Source of the DNA: Phallusia mammillata
Lineage: Eukaryota
Assembly (NCBI GenBank): GCA_965637545.1
Contig: OZ281495.1
Coordinates: 19,654,001-19,718,000 of the forward strand
DNA length: 64,000 nt
Direction: 5' to 3'
Shown here: positions 1 to 11,860 of the stretch, piece by piece
Layout: each line of letters begins with the position of its first letter
Numbering within the stretch: the stretch's first letter is position 1
Notes under the pieces: model-generated
The model's input: the letters and a program-made list of their open reading frames with translations, nothing else
The model's database searches: none
What the model was told of the DNA's origin: nothing
Translations under genes and position numbers: made by a program

Positions 1-1339
1 TTCGCGGACCTGAATTAAAAATCGTCAATCTGCTATTGACCGTTGGATGAACACAATTGACACGATTCGTCAACTATGTGGAAAAGCTAACAGTATCCTT
101 ACCATCCGAATTGCTGCTATTTAGTCATTGTTGTTTCGCTACTGACGGGTTGCAGGCCGCCTATGTCTGTGAAACATTTATGTCGATTTTCGCCTTGTTG
201 TTTCGGCTTAAATAATATTGTTGCATTGTGTGGTTTTATGGACACCCCAAAACGGTCAAAAGCTATAAATGATGTATTGTTTACAATAAAAAAGTACATA
301 ACTTTCATCGTACTTACAGAGTTTGCGCACTATCAATAAACGTCCACGTTTAGTAAAAATTAATGCCAAGGCTGCCACTTAGGAACACACTTCTGATCTA
401 CCTCATTTATCAAACAAAAACTCTAAATTCTCGCACAATTTATCATTTGCAATTTTTCATTGCCCAATGACTTCTCAAGAGGTCACCGGAGTTCGTTTGC
501 GTCACCTCAAATGGACTGTGCGGAAATAAATTATTCATTTCGACCTGTTGCAGCATCCACCCAACGGTGCGTGGAAACAAACTGCTTACGATAGATGCGT
601 AATCCAGCTCATAAAGGCTTGTTCCAAGATCAACTGACGTCAATTAGATATCACTCGTTCGTCATTCATCTCGCTGTTTGCTTTGTACAAACGCTGCGCT
701 ATTTTTCGCAAACTGTGCTTCTCTTCGCATAAGTTCGTTCGTACCTTTGATGTATACGCGTGTTTGTTTGTGCTTAACCTGCCCAACTGTACATATTTTT
801 CTCAAGACTGTGCAAGTTTGACCTGAAGTTGCCCCGAAATACTCAGAATAAAACTGCACTCTGATTGGTCAAATATGCGGTCAAAAAATAAGTTTGTGTG
901 CTAGACTCGTATGTGCAAGACTGATTGTTAACCTCTACATGATTTCATGCTTATAACCGCTCAAACCACAATATAAGTCAAGTCAAAGGGAGGTAGACAA
1001 AAATGTTGCTGGGCAACGTCTGTTTATGTGTCCCGAAATATATTTGTACGGTTTTATGTCGAAGAAAGTCTTTAATTATTCGTATGTTACCACTTGTGCA
1101 ACGCAGAAAAACAAGGAAGTTGACTATCACTGACTGGGCAAATTTGCCGGCGCACTTAGCCACAAATATAACAGCAGAGCATTACGCAATTTTCATGTCG
1201 CTGTTTCCCAACCTCTTTATACCTACGTCACACTAACGTGCTAAGTTTTTGTACGCACAATACACTAAAAAACACCGTTTAAAGAAACTAACTTGCAACT
1301 TTATTGTAATAAATGTCGACGCTACCTTCGGTAACGAAT

Positions 1340-1827
1340 TAAAGATGCACCCAATCGACTTAAATGGGTTCGGCCGAAACCGAATATTCGGCAGTTTAGC
1401 CGAATATATTCGGCCGAATCAACCGAATCATTTATGACGTCATGTGATGTCGTTCGCTGCGCGTTTGACATGTAAACATCAATTTATCTAGCAGACAAAC
1501 AATGCAGAAAAGTTGTGTCTCATTATCTTTTTAGTTCTGTGGGTTTTAAGGTTGCCTATGGGCCATGGTTGCCAGCCTGCCAATGAATTACCTTTCATCA
1601 GCAGTGGGAAAAACGATGATGTTTTTTAAATCGCAGTATAGTTGTCGTGATTTTAGTTATGGCGCAGTTTGAAAGATTGTGAGGTTTCTTATTGAGCCGA
1701 AAAGACAAGTTTTACGTTTGAATTTAATTTCGTAAAAGATTCGGTTTCGGCCGAAACTAGTCGATTTTGTAAAAATGGTCGATTCTGCCAAATAAATTCG
1801 GCAAACCGAATATTCGGTACATCTCTA
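1340..1827. mobile_element. hAT MITE, GCCGAA-repeat family (older, degenerate copy; inverted relative to 7846-8353)
   Basis: Right end ...TTCGGTACATCTCTA; degenerate left end TAAAGATGCACCCAATCG; arrays of GCCGAA/TTCGGC near both ends; flanks taacgaat/taaccaag (6/8 match); colinear with the reverse complement of 7846-8353. Confidence 0.85.
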
Positions 1828-2621
1828 TAACCAAGAAGATCAAAATTAAGTGCGTGCGTTGTCACGGACACCTGCATTCGTCACTATAAGCTCTTCAACA
1901 TGCGATGATAGTTGCATTCTGCAATAACAAGTATTTTCAGGACACTTGTCAATCTTTCACGACGCATTATAGTGGTGATTTGTTAAAAAGTGGTTTTAAA
2001 CTAACATAAATGTTTTCACTTGCATTAACAACAAAATTCGGTTTAAAAACATCTATCATATCATAAAGTAGATTTGTATGGATGATGCAATGTTTGAAAC
2101 CCCCCAATAGCCAATTTGTGATGTATTTGCAAAACTGAATTAAGCCGGGTAATTATGTTTCAAAAAAGGGTTAAATGCTTATTGCGTGACAGGTGTTAAC
2201 CGATTCGTTGGACTTAAACATGCTTACAGCAGCCCCATCTTCATGCATTTTGCATGGAGCAATGAAAAATTCCTGGATGAATAAAATAGAACATGTTTTA
2301 ACTCAAGTAGAGGTCACACATTTTTGCTTCATGTCATGACTCATTTAAGCTAACAGCTGCTGTGCATGCTGCAGAGGAAACCGATGGTTAGCATCTTAAT
2401 TCTACCACTGACCCTGCAAAAGGCTAAAAACCCAACACGACAAAATTGCCAGAAAAAAGTAGTCACAACAAGATTGTTTGTATTGTCGTTTACTTAAAAA
2501 AAAACGAACATGACCAGGCTATATTTTCATTTCAAAGATTTGTAGATATATAGGCTTCCAGCCGATGTGATTCTTTGTGCAATTTGTAGAGCGTGTGGAG
2601 CCATACAGGGGCGACTTTAAG

Positions 2622-5600
2622 ATGTTAATGTTAAGCCAGTGGCAAAAACTTGCTATGTAATCATGCATCTAAAAATACCCAAACTATGGTTAAATTTATA
2701 ACAGAAATTAACAAAAAATGCCGCGCATTTAAAACCCCCAACCTGGCTATGGGCGTCGTTGACGTTTTTTCTTGGCACGGTGCAAATATTTTTTCGGAGA
2801 TTTGGTTTCACCATCACCATCAAATATTTGGTCAAGAATGTGAAAGTTATGGATCTGCGTGGTAGGTGTATCTCTGTTCTCCGATGTGATTGGTCAACAT
2901 ATTGACACGGTTGACCAGTCATGTGTGTCGTGTGTGCTATGCTTGGTTGTGTTTGTACTTACATGCACTAACATGACATGATGATGGAAAACATTGCATG
3001 CAAAACAAAATCTGTTTATTCTAAGCTTTTTGTTTTCATAACACTTAGTGCAGGGGTGTCCAACCTTTTTGGCCAAAGGGCCACATGCGGTTTACGAATG
3101 ATTGCGCGGGCCACTTGAGTGTTTACTGCTAATTTGTAATCTTAAAATGGCTGTCCACATGTCCACTTTTCTTAGTATATTCTGTTAGCTTTACTTGCTT
3201 TTCGTTTCTTATTTGGCATAATCTATATCACTGCAGAGTGCGTAAGATATTTCACTGCTGAATGCGTTTTGCGCAAGTGTTTGATATCAGATGTACAACA
3301 ATGAAGCAAGAAATATTGACTGACTCTTGAAGCAAGAGTAAGATTGTAGACGAAACAATGCAGAAATTGTGATGCGTAACAATGTGCATTGTGATGCAAT
3401 AAAAGTAACTTGAACAGTTGTGTATTACTCTATTAACAAAGAAATAAAGCAAACAATAAATGCCAATCCTCGGATTGTAAGATCGCCATAAATTGCACAG
3501 GCGTTAAAGTTCATAATACAAGTCATTTCGAAAAATACCGCGCGGGCCACTCAGAACCTTCCTGCGGGCCACGGGTTGGACACCCCTGACTTAATGAATG
3601 TAACAGGCATTCGTTTTCATTTTTGTAAATTTTAGACTGCTAAGACTGCAGACCTTTAATCTTAGATTTGCATTTTGCAACATTGCAAATGTAACTTCGT
3701 TAGGAATCAATCAATCATATACAATATGAAGGCAGTCAGTCATGTGTGATTAGACAGACATTGATTGGCAAATAAAGTTGTATTCTTAACATTGTGAGTT
3801 GTACATTGATACTTTATGGAACAGATCTTAAAATATGTTCTATTGGTGTTTGTGTTCTGATTCTTTTAGCACGTAACTCTTTTCTATTTATTCAAATTGT
3901 TAAACAGGATCCATTGAAATGTATTTGAACAAAGTTTTTAGGTGTGCATTACATCAAAGAAGTAGAACCTTGGCCAGTTTAAATTTTCAGGGCAAAAGAG
4001 CTAGTCAAATTCGTCATGTAAGTGAAATGTGTTTATATATAAATATATATATGATCTTTGCAAAACAAAACCCTAACAGTTATATCCAGTATAAACACAA
4101 AACATTTGCCCATATGGTCATACTTTATTCAGAATTTGTAAAACCTTGACAAATATATTGATTGTACACACATTTGGTTGAAAAAATCATTTAATTATTT
4201 TTTTGGTATAGTCTACCACCAGTACTGTGGATGCAGATGGAGTTTCATTTGAACCAAATCGGAATTTTGTAACAAAACTTGAGTTTCTTGAACCAAAAAT
4301 TGAAGATGCAATTCCAATTTATAGGGTTTTTGATAATGCAGGAAAGGTTATTGATCCATCTCAGGACCCACAGGTATTTGTTTTTTAAAGTGTGTAGTTC
4401 ATAAGGTTACATAACAAATAACAATAGACGCAGAAAATTGGAACAGTTAGTAATGTTTAAAAGTGTGATATTAAAATATAGCCTAAGCACTGTGAACATT
4501 GTTTTTTCAAACAACAATGTTTTGAGATCTATCAGAAACCTGCCTATTATTTGTAGTTTAGTGATGATACTCTGATTCGAATGTACCATGCAATGAAAAC
4601 TCTAAACATAATGGACCAAGTTATGTATGATGCCCAAAGACAAGGACGGGTATCCTTTTACATGACAAACTATGGTGAAGAAGGATGTCATATTGGGAGT
4701 GCTGCTGCTTTGGATGACCAAGATCTAGTTTTTGGTCAATATAGAGAAGCAGGTACTGTATTTCTTAAAACAGTTTTTCTTAAAAAAAGTATAAAAACTG
4801 ATTCTTAGGAGTTTTGATGTGGAGAGGTTTTAAATTAGAAGAGTTTATGGATCAGTGTTATGCCAACCTAAATGACCCTGCTGCTGGAAAACAGATGCCT
4901 GTTCATTATGGATCAAGAAAGCTTAACTTTGTCACAATCAGTTCTCCCCTTGCCACTCAAATGCCCCAGGTACAACTGCAGTATACATTTTTAAACCCTT
5001 TTTAACCACAGGGGGTGCTACAACAACAAGACAAAATATGGTCAGCAAGTTTCTGTAGTTATACTACCTTGATATTTCATCTATCATTTCAGGCATCAGG
5101 TGCAGCGTACGCATTGAAACGCACCCATCCTGGGTTATGTGTGATCTGTTATTTTGGTGAAGGTGCAGCTTCTGAAGGTGATGCTCATGCTGCATTTAAC
5201 TTTGCCGCCACTTTAAATGCACCTTGTCTGTTTTTCTGGTATGCATGTTTTATTTTTCACGAAATATTGTTATGGCCCATATCAGTAGTTCTCAAACTGT
5301 GCGTCGCGACGCCCTGGTGCGTCGTTTCAATCTTCTAAGGGCGTCGTAGAATAGTTCCGTTTCGCGGCTTTTTGTTGTTGTATCAATGAACACAACTTTA
5401 ATTTCCTCATTAACTTTTATTTGCTGGTGCGTCGCAAGCCCAGAAAACTTTTCCAAGGGCGTCGCAACAAAAAAAGTTTGAGAACCACTGGCCTATATTA
5501 ACAGAAATGTAATTTTAGTTTTCTTAAATTATCACTTTTTTAGGATATTGTTCTGTTTTCTACATTTGGGCCGGGTTATTGTCTGCAAAGCATATTTTAA

Positions 5601-6683
5601 TGTGCTGTAAATTGCAAAAACCTTTTTTTTTTAGCTTTTAATGGCAGAATTGCATTGTTTACAATTTCGTTTCAAAAAAAAAATGTTGTTGCCAAAAAAT
5701 ATGTGCAGTGTTGTTGTTTAATATCGGACGTGTTCCAGCCGAAACAACGGATACGCAATTTCCACCCCAGTCGGAGATCAATACAAGGGAGATGGAATTG
5801 CGGCGAGGGGCGCAGGTTACGGAATGCTCACCATACGAGTTGATGGTAACGATACCCTTGCAGTTTACAACGCCACGAGTAAAGCGCGCCAAATCGCTGT
5901 TGCCGAAAACCGACCCGTTCTCATTGAAGCCATGACATACAGGTTAGTACTTTTGAAATTTGTTGGTCATATTTGGCCACGATTTTTTTTGGGTGTATAG
6001 CACGACATTTTCAACTCGTTTGCCAAACTAGTAAAACCTCTCTTCAGAACTGAATAAATTAAGTTACTGACACCAACGCAACATATTCAATGCAGTTCAG
6101 TCCGTTACTAAGAACATCTTTTTCACAAGCCCTTTGTAGCTAATAGTTGAACCACTTCCATTAAAAGAGGTCATACACCTTTGCAGGGTCGGACACCACA
6201 GTACGAGTGACGATAGTTCCGCCTATCGTTCTGTAGATGAGGTGGACTACTGGTCTCGTACCGATGACCCAATCGCACGATTTTTCCGTTACATGGTCAA
6301 TGAACGAAAATGCTGGTCAGAAGTACAGGACAAGGCTTTCACAAAAGACTCGAGAAAAAAGGTTTTTGTTTAACCATACTATGACAACCATACAATTCCC
6401 CTTCGAGCAATGTTAACTTATGTTTATCCTGTCAAATGACGCGTAGACCTTCCATACCATGATCTAGTTTCATGCAAAGTATCATTGTTACAATTCGAAA
6501 AACTTGCAGATTATGACGGCGTTTAAAAACGCTGAAAAACGCAACAAACCATCTCCATCGTTGATGTTTACCGACGTGTACAAAGAAATACCACCACACC
6601 TCCAACAACAGCAAAAGGAAATGATCGACCACGTGAGGGCGCACAAGGACCACTACCCACTTGACAGACATGAACCAATTTGA
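2622..6683 (+). CDS. BCKDHA: Branched-chain alpha-keto acid dehydrogenase E1 alpha subunit, mitochondrial (9 coding exons)
   Basis: Phase-consistent GT-AG exons: 2622-2656, 3942-4017, 4212-4373, 4557-4752, 4809-4969, 5093-5238, 5739-5942, 6187-6360, 6510-6683. Motifs [49 protein letters not shown]-binding [11 protein letters not shown]...CRNNGYAIS and phosphorylation loop [16 protein letters not shown]. Exon 1 (12 codons) is the least certain. Confidence 0.97.
3051..3588. mobile_element. hAT (Buster/Charlie-type) MITE in BCKDHA intron 1
   Basis: TIRs CAGGGGTGTCCAACC / GGTTGGACACCCCTG; subterminal GCGGGCCAC repeats; TSD acttagtg/acttaatg. Confidence 0.92.
5283..5490. mobile_element. hAT (Buster/Charlie-type) MITE in BCKDHA intron 6
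   Basis: TIRs CAGTAGTTCTCAAACT / AGTTTGAGAACCACTG; internal GCGTCG(C/T) repeats; TSD gcccatat/gcctatat. Confidence 0.9.
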
Positions 6684-6759
6684 AACAAATTCAATCCAAA
6701 TGTACCAATCAACTTTTGTAGATGTTTATAGTTTTGCATTGTTTGTAAATGTTATTAGC

Positions 6760-6790
6760 ATGCAACCCATACGGTATGCAACCCATACGG
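6760..6790 (+). repeat. Exact tandem duplication (period 16) in the probable BCKDHA 3' UTR
   Basis: atgcaacccatacgg-t-atgcaacccatacgg. Confidence 0.9.
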
Positions 6791-7845
6791 AAGAACACAA
6801 GATTGATTTCATTTTGTGTTAAACGTTAAGTTTATGTGCGTTATTAGCATATCATGTTTCTAGTTAGTTAATCGATTTATTTTCTAGTTGCGGTAGGCTT
6901 GGGCTATAGCGCATGTAACTTGCATGTTAAATGTTATGTTACTTAATAAGTCCTAAAATCGTGGCTTTTGTTTAAGTAACCGGTTACAACGACTAAATGT
7001 TTAATGGATTTTACGCCGAAAATCATTGGTTCCGGCTAGCTTCTTACCTCGCGTATTAACATATATTCTGTTTGTTCCATATAAACATACGAACTGGCCA
7101 CATTAATTTTTACTTAAAACTATCTTTTATTTTTTTCACAATGTTATTTTTTACAGAAAACGACATTTTATTGAAAAACAAACAAAGTAACGTTCGTTTG
7201 TTTGCGTCACGACGTTACGTTTTATACCAACTAACGATGTGCTACGTATTCTAATTTAATTTATGTTTATGCGCCATGAACTTGTCACTAAATTACCTTC
7301 GCCTCCCCGTGGCTTATATACACAATATCTGAATGCACGAGTAAATTGGGCTGAATTTATTTTCAGATGAAATAAAGAAATAGAGGCAGAGTGGTTTAAT
7401 GCACATATTAACAAGTGCTTTTTTGAGGCGTGTTGTAGGCAAAGAGGAAAAAGGAGACCTGAATTTTTGTAGAAATTACACTTTGTCATTTGACACTATG
7501 GTCTATAATGCAACTTACAACATATTTCCTGTTAACTTACGTATTTAACCAAAAAAACTTTATGTAAGTTACACTTTTTGTAGCATGATTATACACTGAA
7601 ACCAGATTTTTTTTACACCAGGGTTTCTTACGTGTACTCACTTAGGGGTACAATGACCAAAGACATGCCTGTTATAATATAAGCTGTTTGGGCCCATTCG
7701 TAAAAAGTCGTTCACTTTTAATTTCTAAACAAGATTTTCAAGTAAAAATGATGTCAATTTGCTTTAGAATTTCCAAGCAGGTACTGCGATTTTGTTTTAA
7801 TTTTAGCCAAGGGTTTTAAAGAGCACGAGGGAAAATACTTAGAAC

Positions 7846-8353
7846 TAGAGATGTACCGAATATTCGGTTTGCCGAATTTATTCGACCGAATCGGATATTT
7901 TGCAAAGATTCGGTTTCGGCCGAATAATTTGTTGCGATTCGGCCGAAACCGAATCTTTTACGAGCACAAATTTAGAGGGTTAAACGTGTCTTTTCTGCTT
8001 AAGGTACCACACAATCTTTCATAATTCACCGTAAGGAAAATCGCGTCAATTGTAATTATTTTTAACACATTATCATTTTTCCCACTGTAGACAAAAAATA
8101 ATCAGTGATTCATTGGCACGTTGCCAATCATGCTTGAAGCAATTTTAAACCCCATAGAGCTGAAATAAGGACGAAACACAACTATTCTGCACTAATTGCC
8201 TGGTAGATAAACATTTTTTCATGTCAAACGCGTAACGTACGACTTTGCGTGACGTCATAAATGATTCGGTTGATTCGGCCGAATTTATTCGGCAAAACCG
8301 CCGAATATTCGGTTTCGGCCGAATCGAAATTTAGCCGATTCGGTACATCACTA
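7846..8353. mobile_element. hAT MITE, GCCGAA-repeat family (Ac-like TAG-ended TIR)
   Basis: TIRs TAGAGATGTACCGAAT / ATTCGGTACATCACTA; many GCCGAA/TTCGGC subterminal repeats; exact 8-bp TSD cttagaac. Confidence 0.95.
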
Positions 8354-9368
8354 CTTAGAACCACTTCATCAAAGTTTAGACAGTGCTATTAGGCGTAATT
8401 ACAGGGCATTTTTTGGTCATATTAAATACCATATTAAAACATGCGTGCATTTCTTGGCTTACGATTACTCATTGCTGCGCCTCACTGCGTGATCAGAATG
8501 TGTGTTGGTGATGTCACAATGCTTCAGGCGTCTCCTGATTCTAAGCGGCTGCGCAACTCAACCGCAACGATTGCTGAGCTTATCGCTTCACATGTTTCAG
8601 TTAAAGGTCGTGTGGTGTTTGGATGCGATGTGCGTTTTCGGTGTTTGTCTGCTATTATATCAAGTTCAACACAGCTTGCTCAATATTTGTGCTTGAAGTG
8701 TTTAATCAAGTTAATTCAAAGCACACGATTTCTACTCGTGTTGTAGGGATAAGTTTACATCATACTTATTTCAAGGCTAGTATCGTTTGTTTGAATGTGT
8801 TTTAGGCTCTGCTTAACTGGGCCCAGTCCGTTGTATTATTATTTTATTTAGCACATTCACAGTTAGTTAGGCTAGGATTATTACAACGCTTGTGAATGTA
8901 CTACAGTGAACAAGGTGATGATTAAAGTAATCCAAGTTATTTTTGTTTGTCTGTTTTTTTGTAACAATATAAGCTAGTGGTACAAAGTAAGGCTACAAGC
9001 AGAAGGCCTGCTGATGAGCACACCCAACTAAAGTTTACATTAGGTTGCAAAAGAAAAAAAAAACTAAGCTGGTGAAAAGCTGGTGAAACTTTTAAAAGCC
9101 AACGACACATTTGCTTTCGTCAGCAAAGAACAACTGTGCCCTATAAATAAGTATGACGTGCTAATGTAATTTAGTGGCGAAGGATAGACGTATCTAACTG
9201 TCATTTGATCGATGTCCACTGTTCAGTACGGTTCTCAATCGTGACTAACTCGAAAGCAAGGCCTCTTTGTTAATACATTCTGTGCTGATTTTGTGTCGTG
9301 ATGCGATAATATCTCATAAAAACAGTTAGTTTTGTCAGTAATACGACGGTTTTGTTATGTTTGACATG

Positions 9369-9411
9369 TATGGCTTAAAACGTTTAAAAACATATGGCTT
9401 AAAAACGTTTA
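9369..9411 (+). repeat. Short direct duplication upstream of the TMEM47-like gene
   Basis: tatggcttaaaacgttta (9369-9386) and tatggcttaaaaacgttta (9393-9411). Confidence 0.75.
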
Positions 9412-9699
9412 GTTTCAGTAAACTTGTTATCGTTATTATTGTTGGACTTATTTGTTGCGTATAGCTGAGCTATTGGTGATAAACAACTTTACGAAAGTGA
9501 TAAAAACGCGGTAAATCAGTTTTGATTTGAGTCTAATTAAACGCTAATTAAAAATTGTAAACTGTAACATGTGTGTTCTGTGTTGGAAAACTAGTAACAA
9601 ATTTGTGTCAACCAACTTTTATTATTGATTTTGCCATTAAATTTGAAAAAAAGTATAAAATTTACATGCTGTTGTTAGCAGGTTGCAAAACTATTAAAA

Positions 9700-10662
9700 A
9701 TGTCCAGGGAGGTGGTGATTGAAATATCATGGCTTCGTCCGTTAAAACTGATCGGATTGGCAAATTTGCTCTGTGGCATAATTGCGTTTATTCTATCCAT
9801 GGCATTGAGAGATTGGGTGATCAGCGACGAATCCAAGGACTTTCAGTTTTACATGAGCCTATGGACTCAATGCGAAAAATTTCCTCCACTCGATGACGCC
9901 GTTGATTCAGATACGGAAGTTGACTGGACGTGTAGTGATGCCGGATTGAGAGGAGGTTTGTTTGTATTCCACTACAATCTAATTGTTGCATAAATTTAAT
10001 ATTTGTCTGTTTTTACAGCGTATGTTTCCGTGGTTCAAGCTATGATTGTTATTCCTTTTATTCTGACCATAATTGCTTTTGTCCTGGGATGTGTTGCTTA
10101 CTGCAAACGCGAGTGGAGACTGCTTTACAGAATAGCGGCCATCATCCTTATAGTGGCAGGTACCGCATTTTTTATTTCGTTAACTATCGTATTTTCATTT
10201 CGTTTATATTGCCGTAAATAAATAATTAAGGTAAAATCGTTTTATAAATCTAAATTAGTGTAGACAATGCTGCTTGAAAAGATTAATGACAAACTGTAGT
10301 AACATATGTTTTCTGCAGCTGTTATCGCGTGTCCGCCTTTTACGCTAACAGGCCGTGAAAGTCGTTTGCTTAGTAAGAACAAATCCTTAAGTAAGCCGTT
10401 TAGGTTATATCTGATAGATGCGATTATAATAATCAGCGCATTTTTTTACTTTTGTTTTGCAGCTATTGGAGTGTTGATCGCTGTCATTCTGTTTCCAATA
10501 ATGTTCCTTCAAATCCTTCCATTCTACGCATTTTTCTGGTTTGGTTGGGGATACGGTATTGCCTGGGCTGCTTTCTGTTTTATTTTAACTGCTGCTGTTC
10601 TATTTCTAATTTCACAAGACAAGAAGGAAATTTACCACACACAAAAGAAATTAAACATCTAG
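9700..10662 (+). CDS. TMEM47: TMEM47/PERP-like four-pass membrane protein (PMP22/EMP/claudin superfamily), 3 coding exons
   Basis: Exons 9700-9955, 10019-10159, 10463-10662 joined by phase-1 introns. N-terminal LRPLKLIGL matches the remembered TMEM47 LTPLKLVGL; loop YMSLWTQC...WTC; four hydrophobic segments; FGWGYGIAW before TM4. Family is secure; exact orthology (TMEM47 vs PERP) is not. Confidence 0.85.
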
Positions 10663-10934
10663 TAAAAAAGTCACCAAAAACCATCCACAAAGCTGCCAAT
10701 AAATGCCCCATTTTTCGTACTAACAGTATATTTTGCGAAAGCTTGTAACGATCCCGGTTCACGACTAAACAAAAAGAAAAAGACACAAAATTGTGTTTTT
10801 TCAAAATACTTTACAAACATAATTTTTTACGTAGTTGACTTAATTTCATTGTTTTTTTTTTACTTATCCACCAAATAAAATTAAAAAGGTCCCAATTAAA
10901 AGTCATTAATTTAAGTTGGAAGATTAAGTATGTC

Positions 10935-11282
10935 TAGGCCTACCATACGTCTTTTTTTGGAGGACATGTCCTCCTTTTTAACGAAAAGCAAGTTGTCCTC
11001 CAAGGACAATAAAAAATACTCAAATGTCCTCCTTTTTGAATTTTCTGTATTTACTAAAGCTAAATAACAATTGCGCCTTTAAAACCGGCCAAAATAGTGC
11101 GAGTTGTGGTCATTGGTAATTGAAATTCACAATTTATAGTAAGTTAAATTCATCCAAATTGAACTATAATAATTTGTCAAAAATCTTGTGCCTTTATTTT
11201 CTTTGGGCACAAAAGTAACTGTTAATATTCGTTGTGGGGAATCTGTCCTCCTTTTTGGTCATGAAAATATGGTATAGGCCTA
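10935..11282. mobile_element. hAT (Tip100-like) MITE
   Basis: Ends TAGGCCTACCATA / TATGGTATAGGCCTA; repeated TGTCCTC/GAGGACA motifs; exact TSD agtatgtc. Confidence 0.85.
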
Positions 11283-11706
11283 AGTATGTCAAATTGTATG
11301 TTGCATATTTCTATGTCCCTTTAAAATGTACTTTTTTATTCTAATGCCACGCAGTGTGCTTTATTTACCGCTTGACCAGTGAACAGCATGTGTTGTAATA
11401 ACCCTGATGATTGTGTTTAATATGTATCGATACGACTTTTAAACTAATAAACGTGCTACTTGGATTTTTGTTTTGTTAGTTGAATGTTTGTTAGGAAATT
11501 GACGTTGAAGTATTTCACAACAACCAACATGCCTGAAACGGTATGCAACTGAAACCCAAGAAAATTAGCAAGGCAAAATTAGGCATTGTCCAAAATAATA
11601 TAGGCTACTTCACTTCTGATTGTTCTACATTGTTGTGACAGCCAATTTCCCTGTAACATTGTTGTATCAATAGAGGTGAAATTAAAAGTATTTGAAACAT
11701 CTACAT

Positions 11707-11860
11707 CAGGGGTGGGCAAACTGCGGCCCGCATGTGGCCCTTCAGTAAAGGTTGTGCGGCCCGCAGAGATGCTTGGATTTCAAAGTACTGGCAAACGAGT
11801 CCAATTATTACATATTTTTGAGCTGATTAATGCGCCTGTTGCTAGTTTTCTGCGATCTGG
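11707..11860 (+). mobile_element. Truncated hAT (Buster/Charlie-type) left end
   Basis: Begins CAGGGGTGGGCAAACTGCGGCCCG with GCGGCCC repeats; preceded by atctacat (nnnTAnnn). No matching right TIR found, so the end coordinate is approximate. Confidence 0.6.

Noticed and set aside
443-900. Minus-strand coding-like frames (VRTNLCEEKHSLRKIAQRLYK...; an in-frame splice to SPFEVTQTNSGDLLRSHWAMKNCK*)
   Set aside because: In-frame TGA codons interrupt the frame, there is no start exon or recognisable motif, and it lies at the window edge; gene, pseudogene and chance cannot be separated.
8441-8805. Three overlapping plus-strand ORFs of 60-101 aa
   Set aside because: No splice-site support or family motif; overlapping ORFs of this size are expected by chance.
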